From a virus (Duplodnaviria; Caudoviricetes): a stretch of DNA of 42,766 nt. The stretch's first letter is position 1. Every line of letters starts with the position of its first letter. The stretch covers positions 1-42,766 of the IMG/VR virus record IMGVR_UViG_3300031452_000036. One strand, given 5' to 3'. Positions 9,401-18,612 of the stretch are shown piece after piece. A model generated the notes under the pieces. It was not told where the DNA came from. It was given only the letters and a program-made list of their open reading frames with translations, and ran no database searches. The position numbers were made by a program, and so were the translations under genes.

Positions 9401-12400
9401 GTTCAGCATGGCCTCTTTGTACATGCGCGCTTCGGTCTCGAACTGCGCGGCCTTGCCATGTGCCTCGATCATCATGGCGAGCGACTGATCGAAATCCCCG
9501 TTGAACTCGGTCATGATTTTCGTCAGCGCGCCCTTGAACGGCGGCTCGGTGAGGCTCTTGAACGTGCCGATCGCGGCCTGGATGCTCTTGGCGGTGTGCT
9601 CCACCGCCGTGCCGAACGCCTGGGCCTTGGTCAGCGCATCGTGCCCCATCGCGTTGGCCATGTCGCGGAACCGACCGACCACGTAGGTCACCCCGGCCAC
9701 GAGGGTGTCGATTGCCTCAGCGGACGGGACGACCATCTTCTTGAAGAGCGTGAACGTTTCCAGACCGACCTTGATCGTGTCCACGGCGAGTTTGGCGGCG
9801 GTGCCGAACTTGCCCGCCTCGACGACGCCCTGCTCGCCGATCATCCGGGCGGCGTTGGCGAAGCGCTCCACCAGGTGCCCGACCGCGTAGGCGAAGTCGT
9901 CGATCGCCTTCTGGCTCGGCGCGACGAACTTGGCGAGATCCATCAGTCCCGCGATCCCGTTACCGAAGACCCCGAGCACCGTGGTCGCCCCGCTCGCGAA
10001 CTTCGCCGCGCTGTCGGTCGCCTGCTGCGTCACCTGCTCGGCGACGAGCGCCAGGTCGTCGATCACCGCGCGCAACGTCTTGCCGAACGCATAGATCGCG
10101 GACGATGCCGGAGCGGCGAAGTCGGCCAGCTTCTCGAACGCGGCCACGCCCGCCCCGAGCATGCCGACCACCTTGCCCGCGCCTTCCGCGAAGAGCGCCG
10201 CCGCGCGCGTGGCGTCTGGGGTGATCTGCTCGGCCAGCAGGGCGAAGTCGTTGATCGTGGCCCGGAGCGCCTTGCCGAACGCATAGACCGCCGCGAGCGG
10301 CACCGCCTGGAAGGTCGTCAGCTTCGCGAACGCGCCGACCCCGGTCCCGAGCATGCCGACGACCTTGCCCGCACTCTCGGCGAACTTGGCGGCGCTCGCG
10401 GCGGCGTCCTGGGTCACCTGCTCCGCCACGAGCGCGAGATCGTTCAGCGCCGCCCGGAGCGCCTTGCCGAAGGCGTAGATCGCGGCGGCGGGCGGCGCGA
10501 CGAATGTCGCCAGCTTGTCGAACGCGGCCACGCCCGCCGTGATCAGACCCATCACCTTCGTCGCGGATTCCGCGAAGGCCGCCGCCGCCTTGATGCCCTG
10601 ATCGGTGAACGCGGTCGCGGCCTGCACGATATTCAGCACGACATCGGTGATCATCTGGCGGAACAGCCCCATCGCGCTGCCCGTGGGGGTGTTCTTCGCG
10701 AAGTCGAAGCTGGCGAGTTCGGAGAGCGCCGCGAGGGCGTTCTTCACCATCCCGCCGACTTTGCCCGCAGACTCCGCGAAGAGGGTGGCCGACTTCAACC
10801 CTTGTCCGCTGAACGCGACCGACGCCTCCTCGATGGTCTGCACCAGCGAGACGACGAGCGTGGTGAGCATGCCCATCTGCTGCCCGGTCGGCGTGTTTTT
10901 GGCGAAGTCGAAGTTGGCGAGTTCGGACAGCCCGGCGAGCGCGTTCTTGACCATGCCGCCGACCTTGCCCGCCGCTTCCGCGAACGTCGTCGCGCTTTTG
11001 AGCCCGAGGTCGTTGAACTGCGCCGCCGCGTCTTGGATCGTCTGCACGAGCGAGACGGTCAGCGTGGTCAGCATCCCCATCTGCTGCGCGGTGGGGGTGT
11101 TCTTCGCGAAGTCGAACGCGGCGAGATCGGCCAGCCCGGTCAGCGCCGACTTGACCATCGTCCCGACCTTGGCGGCGGCGTCCGCGAACGCCGTGGCGGC
11201 CTTCAGCCCGGCATCCCCGAACCCCTTAGCCGCGTCCTGGATCGTGGCGACCATTTGCGCGGTCAGCGTGCCGAGCATGGCGAACTGGCCGCCCGAGGGC
11301 GAGCCGGTCGCGAAGTCGTAGGTGCTGAGGAGGTGCATGGCGGCCAGCGTGTCGGTGATGCCCTTGGCGACGGACACGGCAAGATCAGCCGCCGCTTTTG
11401 CCGCCGCAGGGGTGGCGCTGGCGATGCCGTTCGTCAGCCCCTGGGCGACCGCCCGGCCGTGCGCGTGCGTCTTCTTCGAGGGCGACGCGATCTCGAAGAA
11501 GTTGACCACGGCATCATTGACGCCCGCCGCCATGCCGGTTGCCGCGTCCGCCGCTGTCCCGGCCATCGCGGTGATGCCGATCACCAGCCCCGCCACGGCA
11601 TCGTTCCCGAGTTCCATGAATTTGCGGGAAGGAGACTTCGACTCCAACGCATTCCGCGCGGCACTGAGCGCCCCGCGCACGACATCGGCGGCCGCGCCAG
11701 CGATGGCAGACGCGCCAGCCTGGATACCACCAACCAGCCCTTGCACGATCGCGCCGCCGATCGCCGCTGCCTCGCCCGCCGCCGCGCCCGCGACCGAGGC
11801 CAGTGCGCTCGCCACTTGGCCGCCGAAGCCCTGCACCGCGCCGATCGCTTGCGCGAGAAAGCCGGTGATCGTGGCGAGGAAGCCCGACCACGCCGCTTGG
11901 GTGGCCGATACCACGGAGGCCCATGCGCTCGTCACCGCGCCGTAGATCGCCGCCACGGCGCTCGTCACCGTGGACGTGATGGCGGACCATCCCGCATCCA
12001 CGGCGGAACCGACCGCACTCATGGCGCTACCGACAGCCGAGGTGATGGCAGTCCACCCGGTATCCACGGCGGAACCGACCGCACTCATGGCCGCGCCGAC
12101 CGCCGAGGTGATCGCCGTCCACCCGGCATCCACGGCGGAACCGATTGCGCTCATCGCCGCCCCGACCGCCGCAGTGATCGCCGTCCACCCGGTATCCACC
12201 GCCGAGCCGACCGCACTCATGGCGCTGCCAACCGCTGCGGTAATGGCCGCCCACCCGCTCTCGATGGCCCCTTGGATGGCCGACATCGCCCCGGAGACGG
12301 CGCTACCAAGCGCGGAGAATGTCGTACCAACGGCCTCGCCGATCGCCGACATCGCGCCTGACACCGTGCTGCCGAGCGCGGAGAATGCCGCGCCTACCGT

Positions 12401-15085
12401 TTCACCGATCGCGGACATTGCGCCCGACACTGCGGACCCGAGCGCCGATAACGCCGCGCCGACCGCGCCAACCACCGCAGCCCATGTGCTCGTGATCGTC
12501 GCAAGGATCGTCGTCATTGCCGCCTCAACCGCCGTACCCATCGCGGAGAATTTCTCCCCGATGTCGGAAATCACGATGGCGAGATTGGCGCGAATATCTT
12601 CCGGGATGGCATTCCATGTCGCCATGACCGTGCTACGGAAGCTATCGAGCGCGCCCTGGATGCCGCTGCCCAGGCCGCTGAATGTGTCGCCCACGGCGTT
12701 TTTGACAGCGGTTAGCGCGTCCTGGACGGTCGTACCGAGACCATTGAAGGTGTCACCCACGGCGTTCTTGACGGACGTGAGCGCATCGCGGATGGTCGTG
12801 CCAAGGCCGCTGAAGGCGTCACCCACCGCGTTCTTCACGCTTGTGAGCGCGTCCCGGATGGTCGTGCCGATGCCGTTGAACGTGTCACCGACAGCATTTT
12901 TCGCGTCGGTCAGCGCATCGCGGATCGTGGTGCCGAGTCCGTTGAATGCATCGCCCACGCTGTTCTTGACTCCCGTCAATGCGTCGCGGATCGCGGTGCC
13001 CATGCCGCTGAAAGCGTCACCCACGGCGTTTTTTGCGTCGGTGAGTTTGTCGCGGATGGCGCTACCGAGCCCGGAGAACGTTTCACCGACCGCATTCTTG
13101 ATCTCGGTCAGTTTGTCCCGCACCAGCGTACCGAGCGCCGAGAAAGCGCCCCCTGTCGCCGCAGAAATCGCCGCCCACGCCGCCGCGAGCGCCGCAGCCA
13201 CCGCCGGGGCGAAGGTGCCATTGAGCCAGGCATTGATCGCCGTGCCCCACGCGGAGAGCTGCGCGAGGACGGCGGGGATGGCCGTGGTGGTGATCCAATT
13301 GCTGAGTGCCGCAGCGAGCGGGGCGACGAACGCGGTGATGCGCGGCACGGCGGTCCCGCGCAGCCAGCCGTCGAAGGCGTCGAGCCAGAGCGGCAGATTG
13401 GTGAGCAGGAACGGGATCGCCGTGCTCCCGATCCAGCCGACCAGGGCGAGGCCCAGGCCGCCCCAGAAGGACACCAAACCGGGGATCAGCGTGCCGTAAA
13501 CCCACCCGTTGATGGTGCCGAGGAACGCGGCGAGGCGCGGGAGTAGGAACGGGATCGCGGTCGTCTGAATCCACGACGAGAGGCGATCGCCCCATATCGC
13601 GAACTGCGCCTCGATCTGCGGGCCGTAGGTATTGATCGCCGACCCAATGGCGCTGAAGAACTGCCCGATGTAGGGCGCGGCACGCGCGGCGAGTTCGCCC
13701 AGCTTGCCGAGGATCGTCCCGATCCACGCTTCCATGCCGCCGATGAACTGCGACAGGTTGGTCTGCCCGGACAGCAGCGACTGGAACGCGCCGAGCACCG
13801 CCGCGATCGCCGTGCGGACCTGGCCCGCGAAGTTGAGGATCGCCGTCAGCCCGGTGCCGATCGCCGCCGCCAGCATGGGGCCGTAGGTGTTGATGAACGG
13901 CAACGCGCCCGCCACCGCCGCTTGCAACCCGCTGAGCACGCCGGTCAGGGCGGGGAGCATGGACGTGCCGAGGACGATCGCGGCCTCCTGCACGGTGCGT
14001 TTGAGGCGGTCCCACTGGAATCCCGCTGTTTCCTTGATCTTGTTGTACGACTCCTCGGTGATGCTGTTCGTGAGTTCCTGGTTATTGAGGTCGGCGAGCG
14101 TCTTGCGGAAATCCTCGTACCCGGTGCCGAGCAGGGTCGCCAGCCCGAGCCCGCCGCGCTGCGCCGCGATCAGCTTCATCGACTCCGCCTCGGCCTGGGC
14201 GGAGGAATAGCCCATCTTCTCGTAGGCCGTCTTCAGGTCGCCGAGGACGCCCTCGAGGCCCTTGCTGCTCAGCCCCGCCGCCGAGAAGTCGGCCACCAGA
14301 TCGACGCCGGTCGCGTTGGAGAGCTTGACGAGTTCAGAGTGCGCCGATTTTGTTGGATTAATTAAGTGAGTGAGAATATTCGTCATCTGCGTGCCCGCCG
14401 TGGCCGCGTCGAAGCCGTGGCGGGTCAGGGAGGAGAAACCCGCGGACACATCTTCGAGCGACACGCCGAGATTGGCCGCGATGCCGATCGCACGGCCACT
14501 GTAGTTAGAATAGTCTTCAAGTGTCATATTGCCGGACGCTGCGGCGAGATGCATGACCCCCATGACGTGCGCGGCGTTGGCCTGGACGGCGGCGAGGTTA
14601 TTCGTCCCGTCCGCCGCGCGGACCACATCGAGGCCGTACTCGTGCATCGCGTTGGCGAGGACGTTGGTGGTCGCGGCGGCGTTGCCGCCCGTGCTGGCCG
14701 CGCTCTCGGTCGCCACGGTGAGGATCGCCATCGACGCGGCGGTGTCGTTGGTGATGTTCATCGCCTTCATGAAGCCCTGGCCCAGGATGTCGAACGACAC
14801 CCCGGAATCGGCCCCGAGTGCGAGGATCGTCTGGCGCATGGTGTCGATCTGGCCGGTCGCCATCGTGGTGTTGTTGGCGATTTCCATCGTGGACCGCTGG
14901 AAGTTCGCCGCCTCGGCGGTCGCCGCGACCAGCCCCCCGACCGTGGCCGCGCCCGCGATGGCGAGCGCGGTGAAGCCGAGCGCGGCGGCGCTCGTCGCCT
15001 CGCCCAGTCCGAGCAGGGACGCGGCGGTCGCCTCGACCCCCTCGGCACGGACCAGGACCAGCAGCTCGGCGGCGGTGACGGCCAT
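6434..15085 (-). CDS. Tail tape measure protein (2883 aa)
   Basis: TP901/PhageMin_Tail-like N-terminal core, Ala/Gly-rich 11/22-aa repeats, three SPS(R/K/Q) motifs, 64-aa C-terminal repeats; ATG at 15085. Confidence 0.92.
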   Translation of the reverse strand: MAVTAAELLVLVRAEGVEATAASLLGLGEATSAAALGFTALAIAGAATVGGLVAATAEAANFQRSTMEIANNTTMATGQIDTMRQTILALGADSGVSFDILGQGFMKAMNITNDTAASMAILTVATESAASTGGNAAATTNVLANAMHEYGLDVVRAADGTNNLAAVQANAAHVMGVMHLAAASGNMTLEDYSNYSGRAIGIAANLGVSLEDVSAGFSSLTRHGFDAATAGTQMTNILTHLINPTKSAHSELVKLSNATGVDLVADFSAAGLSSKGLEGVLGDLKTAYEKMGYSSAQAEAESMKLIAAQRGGLGLATLLGTGYEDFRKTLADLNNQELTNSITEESYNKIKETAGFQWDRLKRTVQEAAIVLGTSMLPALTGVLSGLQAAVAGALPFINTYGPMLAAAIGTGLTAILNFAGQVRTAIAAVLGAFQSLLSGQTNLSQFIGGMEAWIGTILGKLGELAARAAPYIGQFFSAIGSAINTYGPQIEAQFAIWGDRLSSWIQTTAIPFLLPRLAAFLGTINGWVYGTLIPGLVSFWGGLGLALVGWIGSTAIPFLLTNLPLWLDAFDGWLRGTAVPRITAFVAPLAAALSNWITTTAIPAVLAQLSAWGTAINAWLNGTFAPAVAAALAAAWAAISAATGGAFSALGTLVRDKLTEIKNAVGETFSGLGSAIRDKLTDAKNAVGDAFSGMGTAIRDALTGVKNSVGDAFNGLGTTIRDALTDAKNAVGDTFNGIGTTIRDALTSVKNAVGDAFSGLGTTIRDALTSVKNAVGDTFNGLGTTVQDALTAVKNAVGDTFSGLGSGIQGALDSFRSTVMATWNAIPEDIRANLAIVISDIGEKFSAMGTAVEAAMTTILATITSTWAAVVGAVGAALSALGSAVSGAMSAIGETVGAAFSALGSTVSGAMSAIGEAVGTTFSALGSAVSGAMSAIQGAIESGWAAITAAVGSAMSAVGSAVDTGWTAITAAVGAAMSAIGSAVDAGWTAITSAVGAAMSAVGSAVDTGWTAITSAVGSAMSAVGSAVDAGWSAITSTVTSAVAAIYGAVTSAWASVVSATQAAWSGFLATITGFLAQAIGAVQGFGGQVASALASVAGAAAGEAAAIGGAIVQGLVGGIQAGASAIAGAAADVVRGALSAARNALESKSPSRKFMELGNDAVAGLVIGITAMAGTAADAATGMAAGVNDAVVNFFEIASPSKKTHAHGRAVAQGLTNGIASATPAAAKAAADLAVSVAKGITDTLAAMHLLSTYDFATGSPSGGQFAMLGTLTAQMVATIQDAAKGFGDAGLKAATAFADAAAKVGTMVKSALTGLADLAAFDFAKNTPTAQQMGMLTTLTVSLVQTIQDAAAQFNDLGLKSATTFAEAAGKVGGMVKNALAGLSELANFDFAKNTPTGQQMGMLTTLVVSLVQTIEEASVAFSGQGLKSATLFAESAGKVGGMVKNALAALSELASFDFAKNTPTGSAMGLFRQMITDVVLNIVQAATAFTDQGIKAAAAFAESATKVMGLITAGVAAFDKLATFVAPPAAAIYAFGKALRAALNDLALVAEQVTQDAAASAAKFAESAGKVVGMLGTGVGAFAKLTTFQAVPLAAVYAFGKALRATINDFALLAEQITPDATRAAALFAEGAGKVVGMLGAGVAAFEKLADFAAPASSAIYAFGKTLRAVIDDLALVAEQVTQQATDSAAKFASGATTVLGVFGNGIAGLMDLAKFVAPSQKAIDDFAYAVGHLVERFANAARMIGEQGVVEAGKFGTAAKLAVDTIKVGLETFTLFKKMVVPSAEAIDTLVAGVTYVVGRFRDMANAMGHDALTKAQAFGTAVEHTAKSIQAAIGTFKSLTEPPFKGALTKIMTEFNGDFDQSLAMMIEAHGKAAQFETEARMYKEAMLNAATSIAAGNAALANAALPGNSLGRDMKAAGQNLGNALHDAVRDTLQIKSPSQVMVAVGQQVVAGLVGGMSSTQQAAVAKAAALAKAVADAVIVTLTSLRALGNLNSAALPSGDQVGAFLASTMQVVNAVAAAASAMNGKALDAAVKFAEGAGKVLGFVGSAVTALTGLAALTPPAASAIYAFDKTLRLLVNDFALTAEQVGTEMLGLATTFSTGAGAVADAVGKGVAGLTKLASYVDPAPAAIYALGKTLRLAIQDFAALAALVGKDMLAEATSLAAGAGKVADTVGKGVAGLGKLVDYVAPPAAAVYALGKTLRLLVADFAALADLLGNDAIASAGRFADSAGKVVGIIGNAVDGFTKLAAYKGIDNTLIGPFVETVRTLITAIGQVAAQFTTEGLTLAGRFADTAAKAVGILSNGVDGFTKLRDYKGVGDAAIAAFVATVTTFLRGITQVSTQFSVEGLALAGKFAETAGKVVALLGNGVAGFAALAKFVAPSDASIGVFLNSIATLTATLVNALPRYGADQLTAAGQFADTASKVVGLLASGVAGFAELAKFTTPTSASIGEFIRVLTDITSRFTWYAPIFAAGQLAAAQLFADTASKVVGMIGNGVAGFAALAGFVAPSDAAIAEFVRVLTDITSRLAYYIPQFATGQLAAAGLFAETAGKVAAIIGTGVAGFAALAGFVAPSNQAIAEFVRVLTDITSRVAWYMPTFATGQLAAAQLFAETAGKVTAIIGAGVKGFDALADFRAPTTRTLDEFAWSVGQIVARLVNVAGWFNANGVTAAGAFADSAGKILAIVGSGVQGLTSLFSFVAPGLGALDAFAGAVRGMVARFAWIAGTLSGDGVKAAAEFGAATGTIFGALQSATGFFKSLNGLLLPDRAGIDRLLAPIINTLVAVTSAAQQIGAGGLAAATAFSTAVSAVFGALNAAKPAVAGMVPPGLGGGGGGGGGGAGGITVVFNQNAPIYGVADLQNAIVSGVIEAKRRGRL

Positions 15086-15103
15086 GCGGCGACTCGCAAG
15101 CAC

Positions 15104-15173
15104 GAAAAAGACCGGATCGCTCCGCCCCGAGTCGCACTCAATCGAGTGCCCCCGAGGGGGAGCAAGCCAGTCT
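15104..15173 (-). terminator. Long imperfect hairpin plus T-tract in the tape-measure leader
   Basis: Minus strand GACTGG-TTGCTCC-CCTCGGG-GCACTC...GAGTGC-CTCGGGG-GGAGCGA-CCGGTC followed by TTTTT. Confidence 0.55.
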
Positions 15174-15213
15174 GTACCCCGCCGAAGCGTTGCATCCTTG
15201 CACTTGCTGCTAC

Positions 15214-15245
15214 CTACTGTAGCGCGGCTGTTCGGGTTTGTCTAG
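15214..15245 (-). promoter_or_regulatory. Promoter-like direct repeat, copy 1
   Basis: CTACTGTAGCGCGGCTGTTCGGGTTTGTCTAG; minus strand reads TAGACA-N17-TACAGT. Confidence 0.75.
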
Positions 15246-15402
15246 AGGTGCGGAAGTGGGGACGCCGCGCAGCACCAGCCCAACCCGACCGGGCGCACCC
15301 CGTCGTAGCGCGCCGTTGGCCCGCACTTGCCGAGGTGTCACCCCTCCTGCTAGGATGCGCGCCATTGAAGATCATGGCGACACCAATGAGGGGGGGGGCG
15401 GG

Positions 15403-16860
15403 ATGACTGGCAAGCGCGTCGTATCCTCGAATGGTTTGGGGCAGGGTTGTCTGTATGCAGTCTTAGCCTTGTGCGGAATCATCGCGACGATCCTATTGTT
15501 CCTGTTCGTCGGGCTTTTTTGGCCGATTGTCGTCCTGCTCGGGTGCGGCTTGCTGCTTGCATCTTGGCGGCGTCCGGGTATTTTCGCCCGACTTGCGGGA
15601 ACGCGCCTTTTCCGATGGTTGCCAGATGGTTTACGGCTCGTGCCCAGGCGGTTCGGAGTAACCCTCGCGATTACCTTGATCGCACTATCAGCGATTTCAG
15701 GATCGCTGATCTATGGGCAGATGACGACGCCTACCGCTTTGGCGACTCCGACCGCACGGGCGGTGCTGGCGGTGGCGAATACTACGCCGACTGCTGTCGC
15801 CACGATTGCAGCCACATCTACCCCTGTAGTGCCAACACCTACGGTTGCTGCTGTGACCGTAACGACAATCGCTACCTTGGCCCCTGCCAGCACGAGTACA
15901 TCGCCAGCAGCGGTGCAAATACAGGTTCCTACAAGCGTTGCCACGATTCCACCCACCCTGGTCCTTCCGACGCTGACTGCGGTCCCACCAACGTCTACGA
16001 TGATTCCACCAACAACCACGCTCGTTCCGCCGACCACGACGCCAATTCCAGCCACCGCTACCCCGATCCCAGGGCCTGTCATTGTCATGTCGCAACTCGT
16101 CGCGGTGGTCGACGGCGCGACGATTACGGTGCGGTTGCCGGATAACACCGAAACATCGGTCCTGCTGATCGGTGTCGATGCGCCGCTTGTGACTGAGTGT
16201 TACGGTGCGGAATCCGCCGCTCGAACCACCGCCCTCTTGCAAGGCCGCACGGTAGAGTTGGAGGGCGATACGCTCGATAAGGATCGGGGCGGGCGTTTGT
16301 TGCGCTACGTGTGGGTTTGGGGGGAGGATGGCGTGCGCCGACAAGTCAACCTTGAAATGGCGAAGGGTGGATTAGCCGCCGTGTACAGTTCTGCCCCTAA
16401 CGTGCGCTATCAGGCGGACATGACGGCGGCACAAAAAACCGCACAGACGCAGAAGATTGGACTATGGAGCGCGTGTGGTAAGGCCCACACCCCGATCCCA
16501 CCGACGCCGACCCCGCTCGGACGTTGCTCGACCGCCGATGCACAGCGGCTGATCAACACGCTCCAATCCAAGGCCCAAGAGTGGGATGACGCGAACCAAT
16601 TGGCGAATAGCACGCCGCGTATTTCCCTTGCGCCACAGGTTCAGAATCTCCAACGTATCCGACGTGAGGCCGCCGCGCTGTCGGTGCCGACGTGTGGGAC
16701 GAAGGCGCACGCACTCATGGTGTCGTACATGGATACGACGATCAATGCGTATATCGACTTCCTTGGGCAGGGCACGAAATACAGCGCCTTACTGGCCCAG
16801 GCGAGCACGCAAATCGACGCATTCAATGTTGAGCTCAAACATGTCACGGTAGGGCCGTAA
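15403..16860 (+). CDS. Membrane-anchored thermonuclease (SNase)-fold protein with Thr/Pro-rich linker; active site degenerate
   Basis: N-terminal TM helices, TP-rich stalk, VVDGAT...LIGVDAP...DRGGRLLRYVW...VNLEMAKGGLA...AQTQKIGLWS, then a helical C-terminal domain. Confidence 0.8.
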   Translation: MTGKRVVSSNGLGQGCLYAVLALCGIIATILLFLFVGLFWPIVVLLGCGLLLASWRRPGIFARLAGTRLFRWLPDGLRLVPRRFGVTLAITLIALSAISGSLIYGQMTTPTALATPTARAVLAVANTTPTAVATIAATSTPVVPTPTVAAVTVTTIATLAPASTSTSPAAVQIQVPTSVATIPPTLVLPTLTAVPPTSTMIPPTTTLVPPTTTPIPATATPIPGPVIVMSQLVAVVDGATITVRLPDNTETSVLLIGVDAPLVTECYGAESAARTTALLQGRTVELEGDTLDKDRGGRLLRYVWVWGEDGVRRQVNLEMAKGGLAAVYSSAPNVRYQADMTAAQKTAQTQKIGLWSACGKAHTPIPPTPTPLGRCSTADAQRLINTLQSKAQEWDDANQLANSTPRISLAPQVQNLQRIRREAAALSVPTCGTKAHALMVSYMDTTINAYIDFLGQGTKYSALLAQASTQIDAFNVELKHVTVGP

Positions 16861-16882
16861 ACCGATAGGGGAACGATTGAGA

Positions 16883-17641
16883 CTATGCCGCTTGGTACAG
16901 CGGGTACGCCCGCCGCACGGCGGCCTCGCGCCGTCGATGGCAACTGCGGCACAAGGTCAGGAGGTTATCCAGCGCGTTCGCCGCCACATGGACCCCCCGG
17001 AATAGGCGGCGCGGCCTGATGTGATGCACGTCGAGCGCGGGGGAGTGTTGTTGCTTCCCGCAGTCCTGGCAGGTGTCTTGATCGCGCTCGCGTGCCTTGC
17101 GCGATTGTTCAGGCCAGTCCAGTCCGTAGTATTTGCAGCCCCACGCATGGGCAGACTTCCATGCCATGTGGCAAGCGCGCGAGCAGAACTGCACGTTAGC
17201 TGTTTTCGTATACGGATAATAATCTTTCCCGCACTGGCGACAGTGACGCAGCGGGACGCGCTTGACGCCCACATGAGAAGCGTTGCAACAGTCGTTCGAG
17301 CAGAAACGACCTTTGTACCCCGCCTTGTCGAATTGCCATAGCGGCGCGTTGAACGACGCGCCGCATTGCTCGCAGCGGCGTTCGACGGGTTTGCCACGCG
17401 GGGCGCGCTCAGCCTCGTAGCACGCCTGTGAGCAGAACCGCCGTACACGCCGCGCCGCCTCTGACGGGGGCACGGTGAACGCCACGCCGCAGTGCTCGCA
17501 GACGAACGCCGGTCGCGCATTGTCGCGGTGTTGCATCGTCGTGGCGCACGACTTCGAGCAGAAGCGCGGCGCGGCCCCGCGACTCTGAAACGCCGTGCCG
17601 CACCCTTCGCAGGCGTAAGCGCGCAGTTTTCGTCCGGCCAT
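16883..17641 (-). CDS. HNH endonuclease with repeated CxxC...FCSxxC zinc-binding modules
   Basis: ARERDQDTCQDCG...LDVHHIRP...ANALDNLLTLCRSCH. Confidence 0.85.
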   Translation of the reverse strand: MAGRKLRAYACEGCGTAFQSRGAAPRFCSKSCATTMQHRDNARPAFVCEHCGVAFTVPPSEAARRVRRFCSQACYEAERAPRGKPVERRCEQCGASFNAPLWQFDKAGYKGRFCSNDCCNASHVGVKRVPLRHCRQCGKDYYPYTKTANVQFCSRACHMAWKSAHAWGCKYYGLDWPEQSRKARERDQDTCQDCGKQQHSPALDVHHIRPRRLFRGVHVAANALDNLLTLCRSCHRRREAAVRRAYPLYQAA

Positions 17642-17700
17642 GACACCCGCTCCTTATGGTCAGTCGCGCGCCGGTGGCCCCCAGCCGAATTGCAAGTAGT

Positions 17701-17925
17701 TTATTCTTCGCCCTCGTGCTGGTCGAGCGCGGACAGCAATTCATCCGGCGTGACGCCAAGCACCTCACATAATTGCCGCATGTGCGCGACTCTTGGGCGA
17801 TCCTCGCTGGTTTCCCATTTTGAGATCGTGCCCTGACGACTGATGCCGACAGCCTTCGCTAGGTCTGCCTGCGTCAACATTTTTCGTTCACGTAATCGGC
17901 GCAACCCGTTCACTGGCTTGATCAT
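17701..17925 (-). CDS. XRE-family HTH repressor
   Basis: LRRLRERKMLTQADLAKAVGISRQGTISKWE...LCEVLGVTPDEL. Confidence 0.85.
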   Translation of the reverse strand: MIKPVNGLRRLRERKMLTQADLAKAVGISRQGTISKWETSEDRPRVAHMRQLCEVLGVTPDELLSALDQHEGEE

Positions 17926-17963
17926 TCTTCAATCCTTCATCGACACAACCGCGCATGAAAACA

Positions 17964-18022
17964 GTATACACGCGAATAATAGCCGTGTAAATGCTTGACA
18001 TTGAGAATAATAAGCGTATAAT
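17964..18022. promoter_or_regulatory. Divergent sigma70 promoter pair (module 1)
   Basis: Plus TTGACA-N16-TATAAT (17995-18022); minus TTTACA-N17-TATACT; both spacers contain GAATAATA..CGT.TA, a putative operator. Confidence 0.75.
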
Positions 18023-18102
18023 ATACCTATGAAGTGAGGCGGGCACCCCGACCAAGAGATTCCCGCCTCACATGACCCGTAAGCCACGAAAGGAAGTTTA
18101 CC

Positions 18103-18531
18103 ATGTCTGCCCGTACCGCCCCGCTGCACCGCCCCGCCGAGTTGACATTCCTCGCCGCCGACCACAGCACCGGGATCGTGGAGTTCACCGCCCCGAGCGC
18201 GCACGACCCCGCTCGCGTCAACACCGTGAGCCTGGATACCACGACCGGCGAAACCCTTTGCGATTGCCAGGCGGGCGAGTGCCACCGCCAATGCTGGCAC
18301 CAGGATCACATCCTCGCCGCCTGGCTGGCGACCGGCGCGATGACCGAGGTCCGCTGGCTCACCGTCGCCGGGCTGGTCCGCTACGGGCGCAAGGCCCGCC
18401 GCATGGTGGACACCTACACCCTGCGCGTCGGGCGCATCCTCCCCGCCGATGCCCTCGCCCTGGTCGCGGCGCGCAGCGAGTACCGCCTGCGGGCGGCGCG
18501 CGCCGCCGCGCCGCTGGCTGTCGCCGCCTGA
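18103..18531 (+). CDS. SWIM-type zinc-finger protein, paralog 1
   Basis: CDCQAGECHRQCWH (CxC...CxH); paralogous to 23140-23583 and 30394-30828. Confidence 0.7.
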   Translation: MSARTAPLHRPAELTFLAADHSTGIVEFTAPSAHDPARVNTVSLDTTTGETLCDCQAGECHRQCWHQDHILAAWLATGAMTEVRWLTVAGLVRYGRKARRMVDTYTLRVGRILPADALALVAARSEYRLRAARAAAPLAVAA

Positions 18532-18571
18532 TCGTTGTCGCGCGCGGCGGTGTCCCGCCAAGGCCCGCCGC
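18521..18571. repeat. 51-bp repeat, identical inverted copy at 23100-23150
   Basis: TCGCCGCCTGATCGTTGTCGCGCGCGGCGGTGTCCCGCCAAGGCCCGCCGC matches the reverse complement of 23100-23150. Confidence 0.9.
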
Positions 18572-18612
18572 GCGCCTGTCCCGCCGTAATGAATGAGGAT
18601 GGAGCGTAAATC

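Noticed and set aside
11970-13100. Regular 33/66-bp periodic repeats as a possible CRISPR array
   Set aside because: They are degenerate in-frame coding repeats of the tape measure, with no unique spacers and no cas genes
4946-13499. Very long plus-strand ORFs (976, 438, 967, 509 aa) and the minus-strand alternate-frame 886-aa ORF
   Set aside because: Shadow ORFs of the GC-rich tape measure and tail genes; Arg/Gly/Pro-rich or mirror-repeat translations with no domain motifs
14340-14530. AT-richer patch inside the tape measure as a possible intron or insertion
   Set aside because: Reading frame and PhageMin_Tail-like protein pattern continue uninterrupted
15238-15402. ORF-track N-terminal extension of the SNase-fold gene
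   Set aside because: Region contains promoter-like elements; ATG 15403 has a G-rich RBS and precedes the TM segments
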